Assembly: GCA_963738925.1 (NCBI GenBank)
Contig: CAVTYE010000001.1
Coordinates: 770,159-834,158 of the forward strand
Direction: 5' to 3'
DNA length: 64,000 nt
Source of the DNA: an uncultured Chloroflexia bacterium
Lineage (GTDB): Bacteria > Chloroflexota > Dehalococcoidia > SM23-28-2 > RBG-16-64-32
Part shown: positions 20,319 to 29,749 of the stretch, piece by piece
Position numbering within the stretch: position 1 is the first letter of the stretch
How the letters are laid out: the number at the start of each line of letters is the position of its first letter
The notes under the pieces: generated by a model
Told to the model about the DNA's origin: nothing
The model's database searches: none
What the model saw: the letters and a program-made list of their open reading frames with translations, nothing else
Position numbers and translations under genes: made by a program

Positions 20319-21539
20319 GTGTCTGAACAGATCGCGCCCGATCCCGCCTCAGACATACCTGACTCCTTCGTTCCCGGCGTCAAGCGCCCGGTCTTCTTCC
20401 TCGGCATCGTCTCCTTTTTCACCGACGTCTCGAGCGAGATGATCTACCCTCTCGTCCCGCTCTTCCTGACCTCCATCGTCGGGGCGCCGGTCGCCGCCAT
20501 CGGCCTGATTGAAGGCGTGGCGGAGAGCACGGCGTCTGTTGGCAGGCTGGCGTCCGGCTGGCTTTCTGACCGGCTGCAGGTCCGCAAGCCGCTGGTCGTG
20601 CTGGGCTACTCGCTGTCCGCCATCGCCAAGCCGCTGCTGGCGCTGGCCCACGCCTGGCCGGTGGCGCTGGGGGCGCGCTTCACAGATCGCCTGGGCAAAG
20701 GTGTCCGCACAGCACCGCGAGACGCCTTGATGGCCGACGTGACGCCGAAGGACACGCGCGGCCGCTCCTTCGGGTTCCACCGGGCCACGGATAGCGCCGG
20801 CGCGGTGCTGGGCCCGGCCATCGGCCTCGGCCTCTTCGAGGCGCTGGACCACGACTACCGCCTCGTCTTCGTAATCGCCTTCTTCCCGGCACTCCTTGGC
20901 GTCCTGGCCCTGGTGTTTGTGCGGGAGCAGAAGCCGCTGGCGCCGCCCCGGGGAGCCTCGCGGCCGATTCGCCAGCTGGGGCACCGGTACTACGTCTTCC
21001 TCGGGATCAGCCTGCTCTTCGCGCTCGGCAACTCCAGTGACGCCTTCCTCATCCTGCGCTCGCAGAACCTGGGGCTGACGGCGGCCGAGACGGTCTCCGC
21101 CTACATCCTCTACAACTTTGTATACACCGTCGTCTCGCTTCCGGCGGGCGTCGCGTCAGACCGCTTTGGACGGCGGAACATCATTGTGCCCGGGTTCGCC
21201 ATCTTCGCGTTGGTCTACATCGGCTTTGGCGCTGCCGATCACGGGTACTACGTCTGGCCGCTCTTCGCCGTCTACGGGCTCTACATCGCGATGACCGACG
21301 CCGTCGGCCGGGCCTTCGTCGTCGACTTCGCGCCGGCCGATGCCCGCGGCACCGCGATCGGCGTCTACACCGGCGCCGTCGGGGCCATGGTGCTGGTCTC
21401 CAGCATTCTTGCCGGCGAGCTCTGGGACCACGTCGACCCGTCCGCTCCGTTCCTGCTGGGCGCGGCCACCGCGGCGGCTTCGGCGGTGCTGGTCTTCGTG
21501 ATGCTGCGGACGCCGGTGGGGCAGCGGGCCGCAGCCTAG
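20319..21539 (+). CDS. MFS transporter
   Basis: 12-TM MFS pattern with the D-R-x-G-R-R loop motif (SDRFGRRN). The start is uncertain: GTG 20319 or an upstream ATG at 20232 that would overlap the dapA start. Confidence 0.7.
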   Translation: MSEQIAPDPASDIPDSFVPGVKRPVFFLGIVSFFTDVSSEMIYPLVPLFLTSIVGAPVAAIGLIEGVAESTASVGRLASGWLSDRLQVRKPLVVLGYSLSAIAKPLLALAHAWPVALGARFTDRLGKGVRTAPRDALMADVTPKDTRGRSFGFHRATDSAGAVLGPAIGLGLFEALDHDYRLVFVIAFFPALLGVLALVFVREQKPLAPPRGASRPIRQLGHRYYVFLGISLLFALGNSSDAFLILRSQNLGLTAAETVSAYILYNFVYTVVSLPAGVASDRFGRRNIIVPGFAIFALVYIGFGAADHGYYVWPLFAVYGLYIAMTDAVGRAFVVDFAPADARGTAIGVYTGAVGAMVLVSSILAGELWDHVDPSAPFLLGAATAAASAVLVFVMLRTPVGQRAAA

Positions 21540-21565
21540 CGCCGCCCGGCGGCTAATATAGGACC

Positions 21566-22072
21566 ATGCTCGATCGCTTTCGCCGCAAGCCGGAGCCGTA
21601 TCCTGACCAGCCGGACGTGACTCTGCAGCCGATCGGCTACGTGCGCAGCCCCGTCAAGGAGACGAGGCCGGACGGCTGGGCCGACGTCGAATGCCGCATC
21701 GTGATCCGGCCGGAGCTCGAGCCGATGCTGCTGAACATCGGCGACTACTCGCACGTCATCGTCGTCTTCTGGCCCCACCTGGTCCCCGAGGACGTGCGCG
21801 GGTCCAAGCCGCAGCTCCACCCCCGCGACGACGACCAGCACCCGCTGATGGGCGTCCTGGCCACCCGCAGCCAGATCCGGCCGAACCCGATTCTCACCTC
21901 GCCGGTGCGGTTGCTGGAGGCGAAAGGCAACGTCCTCCGCGTCCGCGGCCTCGACGCGATCGACGGCACGCCGGTGCTGGACGTTAAGCCTTACCTACCG
22001 CACTACGACTCGATACCGGACGCCCGTGTCCCCGGCTGGGTCGCCGACGCGCAGTCCTGGCGCGACCGCTAG
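21566..22072 (+). CDS. tsaA: tRNA (adenine37-N6)-methyltransferase TrmO/TsaA (YaeB family)
   Basis: YaeB-like beta-barrel with GLDAIDGTPVLDVKPY. Confidence 0.8.
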   Translation: MLDRFRRKPEPYPDQPDVTLQPIGYVRSPVKETRPDGWADVECRIVIRPELEPMLLNIGDYSHVIVVFWPHLVPEDVRGSKPQLHPRDDDQHPLMGVLATRSQIRPNPILTSPVRLLEAKGNVLRVRGLDAIDGTPVLDVKPYLPHYDSIPDARVPGWVADAQSWRDR

Positions 22073-22133
22073 CGGCCCGGCGAGGCGATCTGTCGTAAAC
22101 TAGCGGCGCATTCCAAGAAGGAGGCTCCGAAAC

Positions 22134-22499
22134 ATGATCAAGGGACTGAGCACGGCCGGGATCTGGAGCGAAGACCTGCAAAAGAACCTCCTGCCGTTCT
22201 ACCGGGACGTCCTGGGCATGACAGTTACCTTGGACACGCCGGAGTTTGTCGTCTTCGGCGCCGGCCCCGGCGATCCGGCGGTGACCCTCGGCACGCACAG
22301 CCAGGTGAAGGGCAAGAACGCCGATCCAGCCCGCCACATGGTCGGCCTCTCCGTCGACGACGTGCGGGCGGAGTACGAGCGGCTGAAGGCGAAGGGTGTC
22401 GAGTTCGTCGATGAGCCGACGGAGTTCCCCCAGGTGACCGTCTGCACGTTGAAGGACCCGGAAGGCAACTACGTCCAGCTCCTGCAGTTCGCCCAGTAG
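22134..22499 (+). CDS. VOC (glyoxalase/bleomycin-resistance) family protein
   Basis: 121-aa paired beta-alpha-beta-beta-beta module. Confidence 0.7.
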   Translation: MIKGLSTAGIWSEDLQKNLLPFYRDVLGMTVTLDTPEFVVFGAGPGDPAVTLGTHSQVKGKNADPARHMVGLSVDDVRAEYERLKAKGVEFVDEPTEFPQVTVCTLKDPEGNYVQLLQFAQ

Positions 22500-22601
22500 G
22501 GAACACCTCGGGAAGCGTAGCGGAGCGCCTTCAGGCCTCCAGCGCTTCTCAGCTCGCAGTTGCCGCGTGGAAGGCTAAAGCCGTTCCGCTACGCGGCGCC
22601 G

Positions 22602-23246
22602 TCAGCTCATCAGGTAGCCGGCGACGAGCGTGTAGTGGAGGACGCTGCCGCCGATCACGAGCACATGGAACACTTCGTGGTAGCCGAAGACGCGCGGGTA
22701 CGGGTTGGGCCGGCGCAGCATGTAGATCACCGCTCCGGCTGAATATAAGACGCCGCCGCCGACCAGCAGCAGCGCCGGGACCAGTGCGAACCAGCTCGCG
22801 AGTTGTCCGGCGGCTACCAGCGCCAGCCATCCCGTGGCCAGGTAGAGGCTGACGCCCAGCCAGCGCGGCGCATCCGGGCGGACCACCTTGAGCGCGATGC
22901 CGGCCGCCGCCAGTGACCAGACGACCGCGAGGAGACTGACTCCCCAGGCGCCGGGCAGCACGATCAGGCAGAACGGCGTGTATCCGCCGGCGATCATGAC
23001 GAAGATCATCGAGTGGTCCAGCCGCTTGAGGACGCCGCTCATCCGCCGCCCCCAGCGCACCACGTGGTAAGTGGCGCTGACGGAGTAGAGCAGGAGCAGG
23101 CTCAGCGCGAAGACAGCGCCGCCGACATACTCCCGCGGCGTCTCTGCCAGCAGCAGGATGGCGACCAGCCCGAAGGCTGCGGCGATGGCAGCGCCCAGGT
23201 GGAGGTAGCCGCGCAGCAGGGGCCGCGGCTCGCCTGTGGAGTTCAC
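22602..23246 (-). CDS. hemolysin III / PAQR family membrane protein
   Basis: 7-TM protein with conserved His motifs of the HlyIII family. Confidence 0.8.
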   Translation of the reverse strand: MNSTGEPRPLLRGYLHLGAAIAAAFGLVAILLLAETPREYVGGAVFALSLLLLYSVSATYHVVRWGRRMSGVLKRLDHSMIFVMIAGGYTPFCLIVLPGAWGVSLLAVVWSLAAAGIALKVVRPDAPRWLGVSLYLATGWLALVAAGQLASWFALVPALLLVGGGVLYSAGAVIYMLRRPNPYPRVFGYHEVFHVLVIGGSVLHYTLVAGYLMS

Positions 23247-24163
23247 GCAGCGGCCTCAGCCCGGCGCAGGAAGTCGCGCAAGGTCGCGGCGTAGAGCTCG
23301 GCCTCCTCGGCGTGAGCGGAGTGGGCGCTGTTTTCGAAGATGACGAGCTCGGAGCCGGCGATGTGCCTGTGCATGTCCTCCGATATCGCCGGGACGATCT
23401 CGTCGTAGCGGCCGACCGTGATCAGAGTCGGGACCTTGATCTCGCTCATCACGGCGGAGCGGTCCCAGCCGGAGAGCGTACCGGTCAGCGTGAACTCGCT
23501 CGGCCCCCACATGTGGTGGTAGACCGGCGTCTTTTCGATGTTCACCCCCGTGCGCAGCATCGACTCCGGCCAGGGCTGCATCCGGCAGAGGTGCTTCTGG
23601 TAAAAGGCGAAGGTCGCCACCATGTACTCCGGCGAGTCCGTCGTGCCCTCGGCCTCGCAGCGTGCGATCGTGTCCTGCACGTCCTGCGGCAGGCCGGCCA
23701 GGAGCGCCGGAATGCCATCGAGGAACGCCTGGACGCTGGCGGAGGTGCTGGCCAGCGTCAGGCTGATGACCCCCTTCGGCTTGCCGGCCAGGTACTCGAA
23801 GGCGAGCCAGCCGCCCCACGACTGCCCCAGCAGGTGGATGCGGTCCAGGCCCAGGCCATCGCGCACAGCCTGGACCTCGCGGGCGAAGCGTTCCGGCGTC
23901 CAGAGCGAGGTGTCGTCCGGGATGTCGGACTTGCCACAACCGAGCTGGTCGTAGAAGACAACCGGTCGCTCGTCGCCCAGCACACCGAGCGGCTCAAGGT
24001 AGTCGTGGCCGGCGCCGGGGCCGCCGTGGAGCAGCAAAAGCGGCACTCCGGGCCCATCACCGACGATCCGATACCAGACGCGTCCGCGGGGAAGATCCAG
24101 AAGGCCTTCGCGCTCTTTGGTCTGTGACATCTGGCGACCTCCGTTTGCAGATAGTGCGGACAC
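23243..24163 (-). CDS. proline iminopeptidase-type alpha/beta hydrolase (S33)
   Basis: HGGPG oxyanion motif and GQSWGG nucleophile elbow. Confidence 0.75.
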   Translation of the reverse strand: MSALSANGGRQMSQTKEREGLLDLPRGRVWYRIVGDGPGVPLLLLHGGPGAGHDYLEPLGVLGDERPVVFYDQLGCGKSDIPDDTSLWTPERFAREVQAVRDGLGLDRIHLLGQSWGGWLAFEYLAGKPKGVISLTLASTSASVQAFLDGIPALLAGLPQDVQDTIARCEAEGTTDSPEYMVATFAFYQKHLCRMQPWPESMLRTGVNIEKTPVYHHMWGPSEFTLTGTLSGWDRSAVMSEIKVPTLITVGRYDEIVPAISEDMHRHIAGSELVIFENSAHSAHAEEAELYAATLRDFLRRAEAAA

Positions 24164-24320
24164 ATCATAGCGTGGAAATTTGAGAGAACGCTTGGTTAAG
24201 CCGTCACATCTGTGTAACGCCGGTCAAGTAGAGGTCGTCTATGGTATTGGTCCCAAACCCTCCCTTTTGGGCTCGTCACAGGAAGTCTCCGGCAAGATTT
24301 CCTGTGATGCTTTAAATCGA

Positions 24321-24356
24321 AACCGCTCCGTCGCAAGGCGGAGCGGTTCGTTTTTG
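24321..24356. terminator. intrinsic terminator-like hairpin, possibly bidirectional, after the P450 gene
   Basis: AACCGCTCCG-TCGCAAGG-CGGAGCGGTT with TTTTT on the plus side and TTTCGATTTAAA on the minus side. Confidence 0.5.
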
Positions 24357-24389
24357 GGTTTCAGCTGTGCGTGGTGAGGAGCGACTTCT

Positions 24390-25601
24390 CTACCAGCTGA
24401 GCGGCAGGTGCTTGACGCCGCGGATGATGAAGGTGCCGCCCCATTCGGGCGATTCGTTCTCCAGGCGCAGGTTGGGGAAGCGGCGGACGAGGCTGCCGAT
24501 GGCGATCTGGGCCTCGGCCCGGGCCAGGGGCGCGCCCAGGCAGAAGTGGATGCCATCGCCCAGGCCGACGTGGTCGGCGGCGTTGCGGGTGATGTCAAGC
24601 TTGTCGGCGGCGTCACCCCACTTGGCCGGGTCGTGGTTGGCCGCGCCCAGCAGCGTGAAAGCGACCTGCCCCTGTTTCATCTCCTGCCCGGCGATCACCA
24701 TGTCCTCCTTGAGCACGCGGCCCGTCGCCTGCACCGGCCCGATGAACCGCAGCAGCTCTTCGGTGGCCGTGGCGATCAGCGACGGGTCGTCGCGCAATCT
24801 CTGGAGCTGGTCGGGGTTCTTCAGCAGGGCGTAGGTGCCGTTGTCGATGAGGTGGGTCGTCGTCTCGTTGCCGGCGACCAGCAGAAGGATCGTGGTCGTG
24901 AAGATCTCGTCCTCGCTCAGCATGCCGCCTTCGTCCTTGGCGGCGACCAGAGCGCTGATCAAGTCCTCCCGCGGGTGCGTGCGGCGGTCCTGGATGATCG
25001 GGATCAGGTACTCGGCCATCGCCTCGAGCGACAGCCGCGCCGTCTCCAGCACGTCCGGGGCGATGAAGGGGCCGCCCAGCGTGGCGACGACATCGTCCGA
25101 CCACTTCTTGAACCGGGCGCGGTCCTCGGCCGGCACGCCGAGCATCTCGGCGATGACGATGACCGGCACCGGGTAGCCCAGCGTTGTCACGAGGTCCATC
25201 TGGCCGTCCGCTTCGACTTCATCGAGCAGGCTGTCGACGATCTCCTGGATGCGCGGCCGCAGCTTTTCGACGGCGCGAGGGGTGAAGGCTTTGCTGACCA
25301 GGCGGCGCAGGCGTGTGTGCACCGGCGGGTCGCTGTTCAGCATCGATGGGGCGCGGTTGAAGGGGCCGAAGCTCTCCTGCTGGGCGCGCTGCATCTCAGC
25401 GAAGCGGTTCTTCGCGTTCTGGCGGTCGGCGGACATCGCCGGGTGGGTGAGCACGAAATCGACGTCGGCGTAGCGTGTGAGCACCCACATGTCCATCATC
25501 TCGCTCCAGGAGACGGGGTTGTGCTGGAGCAGGGCGCGGTACATGGGGTAGGGGTCTTGCAGGACGCCTGGGGCGAGCGGGTTGAACTCTGCGGTAACCA
25601 T
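24390..25601 (-). CDS. cytochrome P450
   Basis: Heme-binding FGDGIHFCLGAPLA and ExxR motifs. The ATG at 25601 is chosen over the upstream ATG at 25628 because a GAGGAGG Shine-Dalgarno sits 6-8 nt upstream of it. Confidence 0.85.
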   Translation of the reverse strand: MVTAEFNPLAPGVLQDPYPMYRALLQHNPVSWSEMMDMWVLTRYADVDFVLTHPAMSADRQNAKNRFAEMQRAQQESFGPFNRAPSMLNSDPPVHTRLRRLVSKAFTPRAVEKLRPRIQEIVDSLLDEVEADGQMDLVTTLGYPVPVIVIAEMLGVPAEDRARFKKWSDDVVATLGGPFIAPDVLETARLSLEAMAEYLIPIIQDRRTHPREDLISALVAAKDEGGMLSEDEIFTTTILLLVAGNETTTHLIDNGTYALLKNPDQLQRLRDDPSLIATATEELLRFIGPVQATGRVLKEDMVIAGQEMKQGQVAFTLLGAANHDPAKWGDAADKLDITRNAADHVGLGDGIHFCLGAPLARAEAQIAIGSLVRRFPNLRLENESPEWGGTFIIRGVKHLPLSW

Positions 25602-25628
25602 GGGCGCCTCCTCGGGTGGCGGTGACAT

Positions 25629-25642
25629 ACTGACTGGTCAGT
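25629..25642. promoter_or_regulatory. perfect palindrome ACTGAC-TG-GTCAGT in the P450/ychF divergent promoter region
   Basis: 6-bp arms. Lies ~30 bp upstream of the P450 start. Confidence 0.3.
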
Positions 25643-25792
25643 CATACTTTCAGGGATGGCGGCGGCGCTGTCAACGCTGTCCCGCAGCGGGGCGCCGCTG
25701 AGCGAGTGCAACTCGCCCCTACCCTCGCACCTCGCACCTCACAGCTCGCTCCCCCTTCCCTCCAGCCCCTCCCGCCCCGTACGCTGGCCGCA

Positions 25793-26876
25793 ATGGACAT
25801 CGCGATCGTCGGGCTGCTCCAGTCCGGCAAGACCACGACCTTCCAGGCGCTGACGGCCGGGCACGGCAGCGCTTCGGCGGAGGCGCGCGGCGAGATGGTC
25901 GGCGTCGTCAAGATCCCGGATGAGCGGCTGTACAAGCTGGCGGAGCTCGTGAAGGCGAAGAAGATCACGCCGATCGAGGTGTTCCTGCACGACCTGCCGC
26001 CGCTCTTCCAGCGCGGTGCGGCCCCGTCCGGCTCCGCCGCCGAGACGCTGGCCCGCGCCGACGCCCTCCTGCACGTCGTGCACGTCTTCGAGCGGCCAGA
26101 CGTGCCGCACCCACTGGAGAGCATCGACCCGGCGCGCGACATCAAGAACTTCGATGCCGAGCTGATGCTGTTCGACCTAGGAATCGTGGAGCGGCGGATC
26201 GAAAAACTGGAGGCCGCAGCGCGCTCCGGCAAGGTCGCCGAGAAAGAGGCCAACGAGCGCGAGAAGGCGCTGCTCCAGAAGGTGCAGAAGCTGCTGGAAG
26301 CCGACACGCCGCTGCGCGACCAGGTGACGGACCCGGCCGACGTGCGCGCGCTGGCCAACTTCGGGCTGCTCTCTCTGAAGCCGATGCTGCTGCTCCTGAA
26401 CATCGGCGAGGACAGGGTCGCTGAGCAGGCCAAAATCGCCGGGGAGTTCCAGGCCAGCCACGGCGGACACCGCACGCGCGCCACGGCGATGTGCTGCAAG
26501 CTCGAGGCTGAATTGACGGAGCTGACGCCGGAAGAGGCCGTGGAGTTCCGCACCGACCTGGGCGCTCCTGCGGGCGGCACCGAAGCTGTGCTGGAGCAGG
26601 CCCGCGAGCTGCTGGGGCTCGCTCACCTTCTTCACCGCCGGCGAGCAGGACACCCGCGCCTGGAGGCTGCCCGAAGGCGGGACGGCGCTGGAGGCGGCAG
26701 GCCGCATTCACACCGACATCGCGCGCGGGTTCATCCGAGCGGAGGTGATCCGCTGGGACACGCTGCTGGAGTTCGGATCGCACAACGAGGCGCGCAAGAA
26801 GGGACAGCTGCGGCAGGAAGGCAAGACCTACGTAGTGCAGGACGGCGACGTGATCAACGTCCTGTTCAACGTCTGA
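25793..26876 (+). pseudogene. ychF: redox-regulated ATPase YchF (Obg-family), single frameshift near 26615 in this sequence
   Basis: P-loop GLLQSGKTT. The C-terminal TGS/YchF_C segment (TFFTAGEQDTRAW...VINVLFNV) is in another frame. Confidence 0.75.
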
Positions 26877-26888
26877 GGGAGGCGAGAG

Positions 26889-27272
26889 ATGACCGTCGTC
26901 GGGTTGCAGCACGTGCAGGTCAACGTCCCGCTGATTTGCGAGGAGGAGGCGCACCGCTTCTACGGCGAGATCGTCGGCATGGAGGCGATGCCGCGGCCGC
27001 AGTCGCTTTCGGACGCCGGCCGGCGCGGGGCCTGGTTCCGCTGTGGCGAGCAGGAGCTCCACGTCTACTCCAACCCCACCGCCGGCTTCGACCCGTCCAC
27101 CAGCAGCCAGCACCCCGCGCTGCTCGTCGATGACCTCGAGGCGCTGCGGGGACGGCTCACCGCCGCCGGCTACGAGATCGAAGAGGCGATCCCGATCGAG
27201 GGCCGCGAGCGCTTCTTCGCGCGCGACCCCGGCGGCAACCGCGTGGAGTTCCTCTCCTTCACGAGGAGCTGA
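26889..27272 (+). CDS. VOC (glyoxalase) family protein
   Basis: 127-aa VOC fold. Confidence 0.7.
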   Translation: MTVVGLQHVQVNVPLICEEEAHRFYGEIVGMEAMPRPQSLSDAGRRGAWFRCGEQELHVYSNPTAGFDPSTSSQHPALLVDDLEALRGRLTAAGYEIEEAIPIEGRERFFARDPGGNRVEFLSFTRS

Positions 27273-28055
27273 TGGCCGCACCGCCGTCTGCCGAGATCGC
27301 CGCGGAGGTGGTCCGCGCGCTCGAAGGTGGCCCGCGGGTGCTGGTGGCCACGGTGATCGCCGCGCCGGACGCTGAAGTGGTCGGCGCCAAGATGCTCGTA
27401 CGGGCGGACGGCTCGACCCTCGGCTCGCTCGGGCCGGCGCTGGACGCGGCGGTGTTGCGGGAGGCGCAGGACACGGTCCGGCCCCACGGCGTCTCCACGC
27501 TGTACGTCAACGCAGGCGGCGAGCCTGTCACGCGGCAGGAAGCGGCGGGGGCTTACGAGCTGATGATGGAGGTCCACGAGCGGCCGGCGCGGCTGCATCG
27601 TCGTCGGCGGCGGACACGTCGGCAAGGCCTGCTCCGTCATCGGGCAGATGTGCGGCTTCCGGGTGACCGTGATCGACGACCGGCCGGAGTACGCCAACGC
27701 CGAACGCTTTCCCGAGGCCGAAGAGGTGATCCGCGGCCGCTTCGACGAGGTTATGACGGACTACCCGATCGACGGGACGGCGTACGTCATCTGCGTGACC
27801 CGGGGCCACCGTCACGATGAGACGAGCCTGCGCTGTGTGATCGGACGGGGCGCTGCCTACGTCGGGATGATCGGCTCCCGGCGCCGGGCGGCCGCTGTGC
27901 TGCAGCACCTGCGAGACGAAGGCGCGGACCCGGAGGCCGTGGCCGCCGTGCGGACCCCGATCGGCATCGATATCGGGGCGGAGACGCCGGAAGAGATCGC
28001 GGTCGCCATCATGGCCGAGATCATCGCCGTGCGCAGGGGCGCGAAGAAGCGATAA
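27272..28055 (+). pseudogene. xdhC: XdhC/CoxI family molybdoenzyme maturation factor, +1 frameshift near 27593 in this sequence
   Basis: N-terminal XdhC_CoxI domain, then an XdhC Rossmann domain in another frame. Removing the c in ctgCatcgtc restores RLIVVGGGHVGKA. Confidence 0.7.
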
Positions 28056-28062
28056 TGGGCCA

Positions 28063-28440
28063 ATGACGATCTTTGCGGTGGCAGTCGGCGGCGCGCTTGG
28101 AGCCGTGACGCGCTACCTGGTGGCGGTCAAGCTCTACGGCAACCTCGGCATCGCCTTTCCCTGGGGCACGTTCGCCGTCAACATCGCCGGGAGCCTTCTG
28201 CTGGGCATCATCCTGGCGCTGGTGGAGGAGCGCGGCACCTTCTCGCCGGAGGTGCGGACCGGGATCACGGTCGGCTTCCTGGGCGGGCTGACGACTTTTT
28301 CGACGTTCATCTACGAAGACTGGCAGTTCTTCCGGGACGGCGACATTGTCCGGGCCTGCTTCTACCTGGGGATCAGCCTGGTGCTCGGGCTGGCGGCGTT
28401 CAGTATCGGCCACGCCAGTGTCGTGGCGCTGGAGGGTTAG
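28063..28440 (+). CDS. crcB: fluoride exporter CrcB/FluC
   Basis: 125-aa 4-TM protein with the GxLGGLTTFSTF motif. Confidence 0.85.
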   Translation: MTIFAVAVGGALGAVTRYLVAVKLYGNLGIAFPWGTFAVNIAGSLLLGIILALVEERGTFSPEVRTGITVGFLGGLTTFSTFIYEDWQFFRDGDIVRACFYLGISLVLGLAAFSIGHASVVALEG

Positions 28441-28442
28441 CG

Positions 28443-28784
28443 ATGGAACCTGGTACGGAAGCGGTCCTGCTGCGCATCTTCATCGGCGAGAGCGATCACT
28501 GGCACGGCCGCCCGCTCCATGTCGCGCTGGTCGAAGAGGCGCGCAAGCAGGGGCTGGCCGGGGCCACCGTCACCCGCGGGATGTCCGGTTTCGGCGCCAA
28601 CAGCGTGATCCACACGGCGCGCCTGCTGGAGCTGTCCTCCGATTTGCCGATGCTGGTGGAGATCGTGGACACGCAGGAGAAGATCGATGCGTTCCTGCCA
28701 CAACTCCACGAGATGGTGGGCGATGGGCTGGCCACGATGGAGCGGGTGCGCGTCCTCTTCTACCGCCACCGCGAGGGCGACTAG
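28443..28784 (+). CDS. DUF190 protein (P-II-like, CrcB-associated)
   Basis: 113 aa. The crcB-DUF190 pairing is widespread. Confidence 0.7.
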   Translation: MEPGTEAVLLRIFIGESDHWHGRPLHVALVEEARKQGLAGATVTRGMSGFGANSVIHTARLLELSSDLPMLVEIVDTQEKIDAFLPQLHEMVGDGLATMERVRVLFYRHREGD

Positions 28785-29515
28785 GGGCCGGGGTCGAAGA
28801 TCGCCGGGTCATGCTCCTGCGGGATCATGACGTAGGCGAAGAGCCCCGCGGCGATCGTCGCGCCGATTAGCGGGCCGGCCCAGTAGACCCAGGCGTCCGT
28901 CCAGGTGCCGTCAACCAGCGCCGGGCCGAACGACCGAGCCGGGTTCATCGCCGCGCCGGTGACCGGGCCCATGGCGAAGATGTCCATCGTGATCGTAAGG
29001 CCGATCGCCAGCGGGGCGATCATCGCCGGGCCGCGCTTGTCGATGGCGACGCCGTAGATCACGTACATCAGGAAGAACGTGAGGATGATCTCCAGCCCAA
29101 CACCCTGGGTGGCGGTGATCTTGTCGCTCAAAAGCGGCGTGCCCAGGCTGACGGCGTCGCGGGCGTCGGCCGGCAAAAGGATGTGCAGGCAAAGCGCCGC
29201 AACCGTGGCCCCCAGCAGCTGCACCGCGACGTACATGGCGCCCTTGATCGGCGGCAGCTTTTGGCCGAGGACCAGGCCCCAGGTGACGGCCGGGTTGAAG
29301 GCGCCGCCGGAGATGTGGCCGGCCGCCGCGATGTTGAGCCCGATGGCCAGGCCGTGCGCGAAGGCGATAGCGACCAGGTCGTTGCCGCCGGTCACGATGA
29401 TCGACCCGGCGCCCATGAAGATCAGCGCGAAGGTGCCGATAAACTCGGCGATCGCGGGGCGCACCGTGTCGTTCATCGTCGCTTCCGGGAAGGGCATTGT
29501 GACCTTGATGCTCAA
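28781..29515 (-). CDS. aqpZ: aquaporin Z (MIP family)
   Basis: Two NPA boxes (GGAFNPAVT, GAAMNPARS). An internal ATG at 29476 may be the real start. Confidence 0.85.
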   Translation of the reverse strand: MSIKVTMPFPEATMNDTVRPAIAEFIGTFALIFMGAGSIIVTGGNDLVAIAFAHGLAIGLNIAAAGHISGGAFNPAVTWGLVLGQKLPPIKGAMYVAVQLLGATVAALCLHILLPADARDAVSLGTPLLSDKITATQGVGLEIILTFFLMYVIYGVAIDKRGPAMIAPLAIGLTITMDIFAMGPVTGAAMNPARSFGPALVDGTWTDAWVYWAGPLIGATIAAGLFAYVMIPQEHDPAIFDPGP

Positions 29516-29749
29516 GCGCGCGCCTCTCTGATAGGGACTCGTTGGTCGCAGACAATATAGGTGCAGCCACTCCGCGGTTCAAGCGCGTCCGGCCCGTCAA
29601 TGTGAACAAGTGATGGGCGCCGTCCGGCCATTGCGGCAGCGAATAGCGCTCCTGGCGGCCCGTGGGGTGCTCGTTACCCGTAACAAGCCTATCTGCACGC
29701 CGTCTCTACTAGTGGATTGCTGCGCCTCGTTCGCGGCGACTGAGACTAT

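Noticed and set aside
22500-22601. Partial inverted repeats between the convergent VOC and hemolysin III genes
   Set aside because: The stems are imperfect and no T-tract is present, so this cannot be called a terminator.
24180-24377. Small ORF (65 aa) in the intergenic region between the peptidase and P450 genes
   Set aside because: It has no RBS and atypical composition. The region is better explained as a terminator and promoter spacer.
28000-28063. Expected fluoride riboswitch upstream of crcB
   Set aside because: There is no intergenic space. The conserved crcB-motif sequence features are absent.
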